Below, piece by piece: positions 1-8,681 of a stretch of DNA of 64,000 bases (the stretch's first letter is position 1; the number at the start of each line of letters is the position of its first letter). The translations under genes and the position numbers were made by a program. The stretch comes from Candidatus Poribacteria bacterium (lineage in GTDB: Bacteria > Poribacteria > WGA-4E > WGA-3G). The stretch lies in NCBI GenBank assembly GCA_022821965.1, contig JAJECN010000035.1:76222-140221 (forward strand), given 5' to 3'. The notes below the pieces were generated by a model, which made no database searches, was not told the origin of the DNA, and saw nothing but the letters and a program-made list of their open reading frames with translations.

Positions 1-854
1 CCGACGTTCCGCACTGCTACCCAGTGTCGGAGGAAGAATTCGCCATTGCGATCCGGGGAGTTACTACCGGTAAAGCCGATGAAAAGGAGGGTGGAATCGA
101 CTCTGAAACCGCTTTCGTTGCGCTAACAGAAGGGGCAGTGCAGGCGTTTATTCATGTCGGTATCGGTCAGGAGGAAAGGGTGGAGGATGTTGGCGTTATT
201 CGGTTCTTCGGTTACGAACGTGGTGCACGGCGCATTGGACAAGCCGTACTTGAAAAGGCGGAAGCCTATCTGAAAACTTATGATATTTCTAAAATCTTCG
301 CATTTTCACAAGACTGCCGATACCGCTTCTATCATTTTGAACACGCCTATCTATCGGATGCGCTTGATCAAGTTCAAGGACTCCTTGGGTTTAATGGATA
401 CCACCGCTCTGCAGGCGAAGTCTTTCTGGATTGGGAAGACTATTCCGTTACACCAGTCCCTTCAAGTTTGCCGGTAACGCTTTCTATTGATTGGAAGGAT
501 GGACGTGGACAACTCCCAAACTGCACTGCGTACGCTCACCAAAACGGTGAACAGGTTGGCATCTGTGAGTCTCTTTGTGGTGGTGAGTTTTCAAGCCACA
601 CTGACGCACAAGACTGGCTTCATACTGTTTGGCTCGGCATTGAAGATGAATTTCAGGGACAAGGTTTGGGACGTTATCTACTCCAATACGCACTTCAAGA
701 GATGCACAAAGTCGGATACCGGCACGCAGCGATTAGTACCGCCTGGGATAACCACCGAGCGTTCCTCTTTTATAGCAACTGCGGTTATCGGACTGTAGAT
801 TGGACTTATGAATTCGTCAAAAACCTCTCCGAACCATCAACAGAAAAGTGGTAA
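1..854 (+). CDS. Two-domain GNAT-family N-acetyltransferase; 5' end runs off the left window edge (frame continues to nt 3)
   Basis: C-terminal GNAT motif A (QGQGLGRYLLQYALQEM...NCGYR). N-terminal half is also GNAT-like. About 70% identical to the downstream paralog, and the alignment shows the true start lies upstream of the window. Confidence 0.6.
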   Translation, partial: DVPHCYPVSEEEFAIAIRGVTTGKADEKEGGIDSETAFVALTEGAVQAFIHVGIGQEERVEDVGVIRFFGYERGARRIGQAVLEKAEAYLKTYDISKIFAFSQDCRYRFYHFEHAYLSDALDQVQGLLGFNGYHRSAGEVFLDWEDYSVTPVPSSLPVTLSIDWKDGRGQLPNCTAYAHQNGEQVGICESLCGGEFSSHTDAQDWLHTVWLGIEDEFQGQGLGRYLLQYALQEMHKVGYRHAAISTAWDNHRAFLFYSNCGYRTVDWTYEFVKNLSEPSTEKW

Positions 855-976
855 CCTCAGATTCAGACAATCAACACGACCTAACCGCATCATCTCATTT
901 CTCATTTTCTGGGGTGGCAGTGGTGGCAGCGCAATTTTACTGCAAGTGGCTCAGAAAAAGAAGGTAAAAGAGACAG

Positions 977-1897
977 ATGGAAATTCTCCAATATACCGCC
1001 GACATGCAAACATCCCTAACACAATTTTATAATCGTTTGACCGCTGATGTTCCGCATTGCTATCCGATAATGGAAGAAGAATTCGCTATCGTACTATGCG
1101 GCGTTACGACCGGTAAAGCCGACAAAAATGACGTTGGACTTGGGCTCGATTCCGAAGCTGCCTTCGTCGCAATACAAAACGGTATAGTGCAAGCGTTTAT
1201 TCACGTTGGTCTCACGCAAATTAGAGAAGAAGACGTAGGTATTATTCGGTTTTTGGGTTACGAACGTGGGGCACGGCACGCTGGACAAGCCGTGCTTGAA
1301 AAAGCGGAAGCCTACCTGAAAACGTTTAATGTAACCCGAATTGCCGCTTTCGAAACAAACTGGCGATATCGTTTCTATCATCTTGAATACGCCAGTTTAT
1401 CGGATGCGCTTGATCAGGTTCAAGGGCTCCTTGGATTCAACGGATACCACCGTTCCAATGGATGGGTCTTTTTAGACTGGGAGAACTACACAGTTACGCC
1501 AATATCGGTACCCATACCGGTAACGCTTTCCGTAGATTGGCATCAGGGACGCGGAGAACACCCAGACTGCGGGATAAAAGCCTACCGAGACGATGAACTA
1601 ATTGGGGAATGTTTTTCTGTCTCCGGAGGTGAAACTTCAAGTCACCCAGATGCTCAAGACTGGCTTCATACCGTTTGGCTCGAGGTTGAAGGTCCGTTTC
1701 AAGGACAAGGTTTGGGACGCTACGTGCTCCACTACGCGCTTCAAGAGATGAAGAAAATCGGATACCGGCACGCCGCAATCAGCACGCGTTGGGATGATTA
1801 TCGCGCACTTCTCTTTTATAGCAACTGCGGTTATCGGGTTGCAGATTGGACCTACGAGTATGAAAAAGTTATCTCTAAAGTTCCAACGCCCAATTAA
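977..1897 (+). CDS. Two-domain GNAT-family N-acetyltransferase, tandem paralog of the upstream gene
   Basis: 306-aa ORF with GNAT motif A near the C-terminus (FQGQGLGRYVLHYALQEM). Collinear with ORF 1..854 over its full length. Confidence 0.6.
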   Translation: MEILQYTADMQTSLTQFYNRLTADVPHCYPIMEEEFAIVLCGVTTGKADKNDVGLGLDSEAAFVAIQNGIVQAFIHVGLTQIREEDVGIIRFLGYERGARHAGQAVLEKAEAYLKTFNVTRIAAFETNWRYRFYHLEYASLSDALDQVQGLLGFNGYHRSNGWVFLDWENYTVTPISVPIPVTLSVDWHQGRGEHPDCGIKAYRDDELIGECFSVSGGETSSHPDAQDWLHTVWLEVEGPFQGQGLGRYVLHYALQEMKKIGYRHAAISTRWDDYRALLFYSNCGYRVADWTYEYEKVISKVPTPN

Positions 1898-2577
1898 CAC
1901 GTCCTCAACCGCAGCATTTCGTTTCCTGTTTTCTGGAAATGATATGGAACGCGTTCAACTGAGCAAGCAATTCCGTCTTTTTCAAGTGTATCAATAACAG
2001 GTGATAAGAAAGGCGAGGGGTTGCTGTTCACATCAACGATAGGAAAAATTCTCACCTCAGTCCCGATGCGAAGCAGTTCGCGCACGGCATCGAGATGAAA
2101 CGCCAAATCTCTGTTGGCAGAATAAAAAAAGAGGAGGTGTGCGGAGAGCACGAGATCGAAATGACCTTTGGGGAAAGGTAAATTGGGGAGTGATGCGTCT
2201 ATATAGCGTCCGTGCTGCTTACCGCTCTCAAAATCTCGGCAGAACTCGTCCATCGCCTGCATTCTGATTTCTGCTAATTCATCAATAGACGATATTTTTG
2301 TCCAGACGAATTTATCCCGGTTTTGACGGGCTTGCGCGATGATATCATCGCAGGTTTCCTGAATTCGCTGGCGCAATTCCGTCTCTGAATACCGGTAAAC
2401 TGGATCCACCGAGACTATTGGTGTGCCACGCTGATGCATCCAGAAATTGAACGACGCGGGACCATCACCTACGCCAACAATGTCCCGTGCCAAGTCGTCT
2501 TCGGAGAGGTCAAACATATCAATGTATTCGTCAAACGACCTACCCCACGGAACAATGTCTTTGTAGTGGAAATCCAT
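1894..2577 (-). CDS. Class I SAM-dependent methyltransferase
   Basis: Motif I-like DIVGVGDGPASF and downstream hydrophobic motif II/III. Overlaps the stop of the upstream PhyH gene by 1 nt (ATGA). Confidence 0.5.
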   Translation of the reverse strand: MDFHYKDIVPWGRSFDEYIDMFDLSEDDLARDIVGVGDGPASFNFWMHQRGTPIVSVDPVYRYSETELRQRIQETCDDIIAQARQNRDKFVWTKISSIDELAEIRMQAMDEFCRDFESGKQHGRYIDASLPNLPFPKGHFDLVLSAHLLFFYSANRDLAFHLDAVRELLRIGTEVRIFPIVDVNSNPSPFLSPVIDTLEKDGIACSVERVPYHFQKTGNEMLRLRTC

Positions 2578-3620
2578 TATTGCGCAGCCCCAGCGTTAAT
2601 TTCTTGCAGAACCACCGCCGCCCGCTGTGCCAATTCAGTTGTCGCGTCCCGTTTGATCGCCCGGTTCAAGTGTAGGATAGCGCGTTCATCGCCGTCTTTC
2701 GCCAATTCCAACGCTTCCTCAAATCCTTTGTTCCCGTAACTGAAATCCCTCGGCAGAACCGTCAGGTCGTGATCCTTCCAATAATACTTCAGTTCATCGG
2801 ACTCCCAATTTCGGTAGACATCTTCCCATTGAAGGGAATTGAAGACGTTCAGGTGTGGTTCAAGCATGTGCTCAGCGATCGGATCACCGACAGCCTGATA
2901 ACGGTTGTCGAGTGACACGCGAAGCCGATCCTCGGTCAAGTTTGGCAGTGCCTTATGAATGGTCAAAGCGGGGAAGATGAGCGTATCGCCAACTTCATAG
3001 TTCGTGGAATGCCATTCACCGGACAACTCGTCCTCATTTACGCACAGACTGCCAGCACCGAGTGAAAAGTGGTGCTCCATAACCTTATTGACTTTATGCG
3101 AACCGGGTAGGACTGCCAAGCCTCCCAACTCTATCGGACAATCTCCGACAGGTGCCCAACAGGTATAGGTTTGGAAATTCCCTTGGAAGTGAACGAAGTC
3201 TTGGTGTATCGGTGTTGTATGTGCAGTGTACTTAGGAAACCAGAGGCGCGCAATCTTCTGTGGATGCGGCAGCACCTCTCTACCGATAATTTTCTCCACC
3301 ATATCAACGACTTCGTGCCAGTGTCCGGAACGGTGGAACGCTTGTAATTTATACACCGCGTGGTATACATCCGTGTATTCCGGGTCGCCCTCGGTACACT
3401 GGGTGGAAATATCGGCGATGCCGTCCATCGGGTCGGTCCCCGCGATGAGCCAACCGCCTTCCTGCATCGTCGTTAGCATTTCTCGCCGCAACGCCCAGAG
3501 TTTGTCGGGATTTTGCAGCTTCTTGAAGAAGAGATACCCCTCTTCCGAGATCCGGTGACGCAATTCTTCCGGATCATTCATCGCATCGTTGGATACGCGA
3601 AGTTCTTTTAAGGTTTCCAT
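2577..3620 (-). CDS. Phytanoyl-CoA dioxygenase (PhyH) family Fe(II)/2-oxoglutarate oxygenase
   Basis: HxD motif (HQDFVHF) and a distal His (PGSHK) typical of PhyH-family proteins. 347 aa. Confidence 0.6.
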   Translation of the reverse strand: METLKELRVSNDAMNDPEELRHRISEEGYLFFKKLQNPDKLWALRREMLTTMQEGGWLIAGTDPMDGIADISTQCTEGDPEYTDVYHAVYKLQAFHRSGHWHEVVDMVEKIIGREVLPHPQKIARLWFPKYTAHTTPIHQDFVHFQGNFQTYTCWAPVGDCPIELGGLAVLPGSHKVNKVMEHHFSLGAGSLCVNEDELSGEWHSTNYEVGDTLIFPALTIHKALPNLTEDRLRVSLDNRYQAVGDPIAEHMLEPHLNVFNSLQWEDVYRNWESDELKYYWKDHDLTVLPRDFSYGNKGFEEALELAKDGDERAILHLNRAIKRDATTELAQRAAVVLQEINAGAAQ

Positions 3621-3637
3621 TTGACTTCTCCTTGAGT

Positions 3638-3844
3638 CTATCCGTGCTGGTCTCCGTTCTGTGACGGAGAGGGTTCATTAAAGGGAACACCTTTCACCTC
3701 GGCTGAGAGGCGGCGTTTATTCCAAGCGTCAATGGCTTGGTACGCTTCTGCGCGCCCCTGTTCAATACCTTGTTCTTTGGCTTTTTCAAGGCTGTGTGCA
3801 TGTTCAGCACGCCACTCGTTAAAACGTCTTAACATGATATCCAC
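3638..3844 (-). CDS. Small hypothetical protein (68 aa)
   Basis: ORF only. Lies between the PhyH and AAC(3)-family genes on the same strand. No recognisable motif. Confidence 0.3.
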   Translation of the reverse strand: MDIMLRRFNEWRAEHAHSLEKAKEQGIEQGRAEAYQAIDAWNKRRLSAEVKGVPFNEPSPSQNGDQHG

Positions 3845-3986
3845 TCCTTAGATCGCCTTCTATGTTTTTCTTCCTCCTTAGGTTGCAACTTTGGATATTT
3901 ATAATATAGCACATAGGAAATGAAAAAATCAATTTTTTATCGGCTATCGGCGATCAACGGTCCCTTAAATCTATATGCTTTCCAAT

Positions 3987-4811
3987 TTATTTGCCTCTAT
4001 TTTTTTGAAGCCAATCAACAGCAAAGTCAACAACAACACGTTGCGGCATGAGTTGGCAATCTACGATACCCACTTTTCCATGCTGAACCACCTTGCTTGC
4101 ATCAGAACACAAAAAGTCCTCACCGAGGCGATCGAAATCTGAATCGTCCACATCAATATTTTCAAAGGTACTCCATATCCTTGACCCTGCCTCTGAAATC
4201 GGAGCACCTTCCGTGACGACGCGTTTGGTGGGGAAGTCCGCTCGATATTCTGCGAGATGTATGGATGTATTGCTTGAATGCCCGACACCGAGGAGCAGGA
4301 CAGAACCTTGTAAATCGTAGATTCTGCCAAGTGGCGAATTCTCACCCATACCATACGCCAAGGAATGATCATTTATGATGCCCTGTGCTTGAGGACCACG
4401 GGCACAAAATGAATGCAGTGGATGGGCACTACGGAGAACACCGTCCTGTTTTCGGAAGGTTTCAGCAATTTTGCCCATTGAACGGGTAGGGGTTAAATCG
4501 GGATCGTAGGCAGGCATCGTCTCGCGTATTGTCTGCCACCATGACTCAGGAACAGGTGGGTTCTCCCACTGACTTGGATCGCTGAGGTCGGTTGAATGGG
4601 TCGGCATCACCAACGTGCCAGTTTCTCCCAAGACCTCCTGCAGCGCAATGATCGCAGCAACAGCACCCCCACAGACCCATCCGATCGCGCTCAAGGACGA
4701 GTGGACAATCAAGACCATCCCCTTTTTGACACCGAGTGCCTCAAAATCCGCCTGCAGCGATTCGACCGTGGCGAGTGTTTCGGTCTTGTCAACCACCTGA
4801 CCTTCAGGCAT
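3987..4811 (-). CDS. Aminoglycoside N(3)-acetyltransferase family protein (AAC(3)/Antibiotic_NAT fold)
   Basis: Full-length similarity to the AAC(3) family (LIVHSSLSAIGWVCGG..., HSSNTSIHLAEY). 274 aa. Confidence 0.7.
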   Translation of the reverse strand: MPEGQVVDKTETLATVESLQADFEALGVKKGMVLIVHSSLSAIGWVCGGAVAAIIALQEVLGETGTLVMPTHSTDLSDPSQWENPPVPESWWQTIRETMPAYDPDLTPTRSMGKIAETFRKQDGVLRSAHPLHSFCARGPQAQGIINDHSLAYGMGENSPLGRIYDLQGSVLLLGVGHSSNTSIHLAEYRADFPTKRVVTEGAPISEAGSRIWSTFENIDVDDSDFDRLGEDFLCSDASKVVQHGKVGIVDCQLMPQRVVVDFAVDWLQKNRGK

Positions 4812-4822
4812 TATTAATCACC

Positions 4823-5032
4823 TCAATCTTTTGATTTTCTAAGTTCCATTGCTGCATCACTGATATCCTCCACGCTTTTTTCAGCCCATAATTTTTTCTG
4901 CCATTTGGTATAATCAAATGGAGAACGCATAATTAATGCAATGAACTTTTCAGCTTGGACCTCGCCTAAGGCTTCCGTAAGAGCCTTTAAGCCTTCTATC
5001 TTGAGTTGCTCATCTGTTATCATGGAATACAC
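4823..5032 (-). CDS. Small hypothetical protein, possible partner of the upstream PIN-domain gene
   Basis: 69-aa ORF overlapping the 3' end of the PIN gene by about 20 nt and ending 11 nt before the AAC(3)-family gene. No recognised family. Confidence 0.3.
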   Translation of the reverse strand: MYSMITDEQLKIEGLKALTEALGEVQAEKFIALIMRSPFDYTKWQKKLWAEKSVEDISDAAMELRKSKD

Positions 5033-5471
5033 TCCTAATAAAATCGAGAGGATCTATAATCTTAACTTCTTCAAAGCTAACTGTCTTCCTGAGAATTTCA
5101 TCATCTGTGGTGACAAAGTAATCACATTTTGCTGCAACAGAACAAGCTAAATGAAGAGCATCTTTATTTCGCAAACCGAGTTCTCTTAAAGTGTTTGCTT
5201 TTGTAAGAATTTCAAGGTCGGCATCCACATCAACTGAAGCACGGGCTTTCCAATTTTGAATGGTGTTTCTGCGTTCCTCAAATGGATTTGCTATATTCTC
5301 GTAATCAAGAATGTATGACCATACCAATTCCAAAGTACCATCTCGAATTCTTTCCTGAATATACAATTTAGCCTCTGTTTCAAGCCTAATTCTAATCTGA
5401 GTTTGATCGTCAAAAGGGCGATTGAAAGTACAGTTATCAAGATAAACACGCATACAACTTCCCATAGCCAA
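5010..5471 (-). CDS. PIN-domain protein (VapC-like nuclease fold)
   Basis: N-terminal RVYLDNCTFNRPFDD and C-terminal DALHLACSVAAKCDYFVTTDD match the PIN acidic residues. Probable start at the internal Met (MRVYLD, about 5453). Confidence 0.55.
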   Translation of the reverse strand: MAMGSCMRVYLDNCTFNRPFDDQTQIRIRLETEAKLYIQERIRDGTLELVWSYILDYENIANPFEERRNTIQNWKARASVDVDADLEILTKANTLRELGLRNKDALHLACSVAAKCDYFVTTDDEILRKTVSFEEVKIIDPLDFIRSVFHDNR

Positions 5472-5527
5472 TCCTAAAGACGTTAGGAATTATTTTTCAC
5501 GTTAAATTTATATGTCTTACAATCCTT

Positions 5528-6349
5528 CTATTTCGTGCCTATTGCAAGGAAATGTGCACTCATGCCGAGTATCGAAGGCTCTGCTTCAACCTTCCGAATC
5601 AGATCCAAGACTACAAGACGTAGCGCAGGATCTGTCCAATAATTCTCAAAGGATTCAAAAAGCCATGCTGGTCCTTCTACAGCAAGCGTTGCTTGATGTT
5701 GAAAACCGACTTCGATGACTTCAGAACTAAACACTTCTGGACGGTGAAGATATGCATCCGTAAAATACTTACGGTCTTCGGTCAGGTTGCGATGGTACCC
5801 CGTTTCAAGGTCGTTTTGAACAATGTCTCTATGAACAGGATCCGTGAATCGCCCCTCAAAAAAACTGTCGAGCATAGACGCAAAGCGTGAGATACCGGCG
5901 GCAACCATAACACCACCGTTTCGTAATACACGATATGCTTCTCTCAGAGCAAGCAGCCGTTCACTTTTATCTATCAGATGATAGAGCGGTCCCAATAGCA
6001 GAACAGCGTCCGCAGAGGCTGACGAAAAACGCAGTGTCCGTGCGTCGCCAAGTGATATACTGGCAATCGGGTGTTCCGGCTGTTGATTTGAGGCTTCTTT
6101 CGCCTGTTCAATATGTAAATCGACTGGATCAACGAGATGGACATCATAACCCATCTTTGCTAACCAACAGGCGTAAGGACCGGAACCACCACCGATGTCA
6201 AAAACGACTGCGTGTGGATCGGGTAAATAGCGAGTGATAATCTCTTGCGTCCGCGCAAATTCTATCTGTCCCCTGACATCCTTTGTAAGTCTTTTAGATT
6301 CTTGCGTCTGTCTATAGAACGAAAGAATCTCATCTGAAAACTGATACAA
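5528..6349 (-). CDS. Class I SAM-dependent methyltransferase
   Basis: Motif I VVFDIGGGSGPYACWLAKMGYDVHLVD. Methyltransf_11/25-like architecture. 273 aa. Confidence 0.7.
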   Translation of the reverse strand: MYQFSDEILSFYRQTQESKRLTKDVRGQIEFARTQEIITRYLPDPHAVVFDIGGGSGPYACWLAKMGYDVHLVDPVDLHIEQAKEASNQQPEHPIASISLGDARTLRFSSASADAVLLLGPLYHLIDKSERLLALREAYRVLRNGGVMVAAGISRFASMLDSFFEGRFTDPVHRDIVQNDLETGYHRNLTEDRKYFTDAYLHRPEVFSSEVIEVGFQHQATLAVEGPAWLFESFENYWTDPALRLVVLDLIRKVEAEPSILGMSAHFLAIGTK

Positions 6350-6371
6350 TTACCTTTCCTTTCAAAACCAA

Positions 6372-7130
6372 TTATCGGGTCTGTTTTACCCATGCCCACG
6401 TTATCGCCAACTTATCTTCAGGATCAACGGAAAGCGGTTCGAGGTCTAAGGCGTTGGTAACATCAATATAATTCGGCTTTCCAAACCCGCCCTTACCATC
6501 GTTTCCATTCTTAGTATTATCGTTGGCATCGCCTGCATCAAAAGTGTAGTGTGCGTTCAAACCCTTTTCATCGCCATTGAGGACGTTCATCATGAATTCA
6601 TTAATCTCTTCTTCGGTCCGAGCGACTTCCCAGATACGGATTTCATCAATGGCTCCTGTACAGAACCAATTTTGACTATCACCAACACCGATATACAGCG
6701 AAGCGTCGGTTGCCGCTAATTCCTTCGCCTCGAAGGGTAAGGCACCCTTCTCCTCTCCATCAATATACGTCCGCATTTCTTTACCGTCCCAGACACCCGC
6801 GACATGCTGCCATTCATTCGGCTTCAATCCAGGGACATCAAGGATTTTCGTGCCGGGCCAGAGGACAAATCGCAATCCGTTTCCATTTTGGACGATCTCT
6901 GGGAAAATGTAATCCCTTTTGCCGCCCCAATCCTTTGCGAGACATTCACCAACAGGTTTGCTCATGTTCATCCACGCCTCTATTGTTATCGCGTTTTTGG
7001 GATTCAAGCTGTCACTGTTTGGGACTTCAATAGCCGTTTTGCCGTCTAATTCCAATGCCATATTTTTCGCCCAAAGCGTGCCAGGCGTTATCAAACTGAC
7101 AACGAGCGTTATAAGAAACAGCACTTTCAT
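6372..7130 (-). CDS. Secreted LamG/concanavalin-A-like lectin-fold protein
   Basis: N-terminal signal peptide (MKVLFLITLVVSLITPGTLWA). Laminin_G_3-like core (LYIGVGD..., IDEIRIWEVARTEEEI). Confidence 0.55.
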   Translation of the reverse strand: MKVLFLITLVVSLITPGTLWAKNMALELDGKTAIEVPNSDSLNPKNAITIEAWMNMSKPVGECLAKDWGGKRDYIFPEIVQNGNGLRFVLWPGTKILDVPGLKPNEWQHVAGVWDGKEMRTYIDGEEKGALPFEAKELAATDASLYIGVGDSQNWFCTGAIDEIRIWEVARTEEEINEFMMNVLNGDEKGLNAHYTFDAGDANDNTKNGNDGKGGFGKPNYIDVTNALDLEPLSVDPEDKLAITWAWVKQTR

Positions 7131-7182
7131 GGTCTTCCTCCTGAGTTGCCAATTTCGATTAGCAATTAAAAATCGTTCAAAT

Positions 7183-8079
7183 CTATGATGCTAAATCATC
7201 AAGCATCTGGCGGATATTGTGTTCACCGCTGTCAATAAACAGCGGTGCTAAAGGACCTCTACCGTGTAAGGTTTGAAGTAGTGTATCAATCTGTATCATA
7301 CGCTGTTGCGGCGTGTAGCATCTGAGCCATTTTTTAATGAAGTCACGCGCGGGTCTTGGATTGCCGGTTCTCAGTGAACGGGTGCTTTTACGCCACGCCT
7401 GCCATCTAAAAGTATGCCCACAACTTGAACATTCGAGTTTTTCGTCCTTCTTTTTTAAGCTCTTGCGGTAATCTCGCCACCGGCGTTTGTAGCCGCAGGC
7501 TGTACATTCGATATTGCCATGCTGATGAAGCGCAACGGCTTGGCACTTGGGGCATTGCAATTCAGGATTGGATCGCCGACCTTTGGCAGTTCGATTCCTT
7601 GGAGGCGGATCCGGTCTACGGACGAGGTTGAGACAGTGAGGACACGGCAGACGGACGCGGGTTCTCACCGATTGGTTATAGGTTTCCTGGGACCAAGTTT
7701 TACCGCAAACACATTGCATCTCGTCCGCTTTCTGCAAGACAGTACGACAATCAAAACACCGAGGGGTGTTTCGGAGCGATTGGCGACAATCACGCCAGAG
7801 CAGCCGCTTGTCACAATGCATACAACGAAACCAGTTCTCGTGCGTTCCACCTTCGCCGGAACTAAAGAGCGGGTCAATCCGACGGGCAATCTTTGTGCTG
7901 CATCGTGGACAAGGCACACGCCCGCCTCGATAAACATCGGCAACCGTAGCAATATCTGTACAACGCGCATAGAGTTCCCAACCGACATCGTGTAGCAACG
8001 TATCATCATAGATGCCAAGTCGGGCATATCGGTAAAGTCGACGGATTTTGATGGGTTTTACACGCGGTGTCCAGTTCAC
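7183..8079 (-). CDS. Basic Cys-rich protein built from four CxxC...CxxC zinc-ribbon modules
   Basis: Four repeats of the pattern CxxC-(13-33)-CxxC, each followed by W(R/Q)(D/E)x(R/N)xS(L/V), e.g. CMHCDKRLLWRDCRQSL. Very R/K-rich. 298 aa. Confidence 0.5.
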   Translation of the reverse strand: MNWTPRVKPIKIRRLYRYARLGIYDDTLLHDVGWELYARCTDIATVADVYRGGRVPCPRCSTKIARRIDPLFSSGEGGTHENWFRCMHCDKRLLWRDCRQSLRNTPRCFDCRTVLQKADEMQCVCGKTWSQETYNQSVRTRVRLPCPHCLNLVRRPDPPPRNRTAKGRRSNPELQCPKCQAVALHQHGNIECTACGYKRRWRDYRKSLKKKDEKLECSSCGHTFRWQAWRKSTRSLRTGNPRPARDFIKKWLRCYTPQQRMIQIDTLLQTLHGRGPLAPLFIDSGEHNIRQMLDDLAS

Positions 8080-8231
8080 AGTGGTTCCTTGACCTTTTTC
8101 TCACGCACTTTTCTTACACCATTTCTAAAAGCTTCTATCGCATTAACCACCCTTTAGTGCACAGACTAACAGTCTATGCTACAAGGGACACAAACTAAAA
8201 GTTTATGCTACAATTTCAACCAGAAATGGTA

Positions 8232-8420
8232 TTAGGTGTACTTCATTGCTTCTTGTACATCAGCAGTTTCCAATTCTGGATACAGCTCAATAACATCTTC
8301 AACCGACCGACCACCGGCTAACAACTTGAGAATTACACTTACCGTGATCCGGGTGCCTCGAACTATAGGTTGCCCAAGACAAATTTTGGGATTAATTTGG
8401 ATTCGATCTAACTTCTCCAT
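8232..8420 (-). CDS. DUF433-family small protein
   Basis: MEKLDRIQINPKICLGQPIVRGTRITVSVILKLLAGGRSVEDVIELYPELETADVQEAMKY matches the DUF433 consensus. GGAGG sits 6 nt upstream of the ATG at 8420. The ORF-track 5' extension is probably spurious. Confidence 0.55.
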   Translation of the reverse strand: MEKLDRIQINPKICLGQPIVRGTRITVSVILKLLAGGRSVEDVIELYPELETADVQEAMKYT

Positions 8421-8607
8421 TTCTACCTCCGCTAACAGGAACCAGCAATCCATCCGCTTGAAGCGCAACGATGTAGCCTTCAATCGCCTCTCTGATATTG
8501 CCGATAGCTTCTTGCTTTGTTTCAGCTTGGCTGATGCAACCGGGTAAACTGGGGCATTCAGCAACCCAATAACCATCTTCACCCGGATAAATAACCACTT
8601 GTCTCAA
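8392..8607 (-). CDS. UPF0150/HicB-like antitoxin-fold protein
   Basis: YWVAECPSLPGCISQAETKQEAIGNIREAIEGYI is the HicB/UPF0150 signature. TTG start with GGAGGT 5 nt upstream. Overlaps the DUF433 gene by 29 nt. Confidence 0.6.
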   Translation of the reverse strand: MRQVVIYPGEDGYWVAECPSLPGCISQAETKQEAIGNIREAIEGYIVALQADGLLVPVSGGRNGEVRSNPN

Positions 8608-8681
8608 TTTTTACCTCCAATATAAGACCTTGCTCAAGAACCAAGATTAGAAAAAAGTAATCTTTCTATCCGCTCTACAGG

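Noticed and set aside
4823-5032. Calling the 69-aa ORF a named antitoxin family
   Set aside because: Sequence does not convincingly match Phd/YefM, RHH, AbrB or TIGR02574-type antitoxins from memory. Kept as hypothetical partner only.
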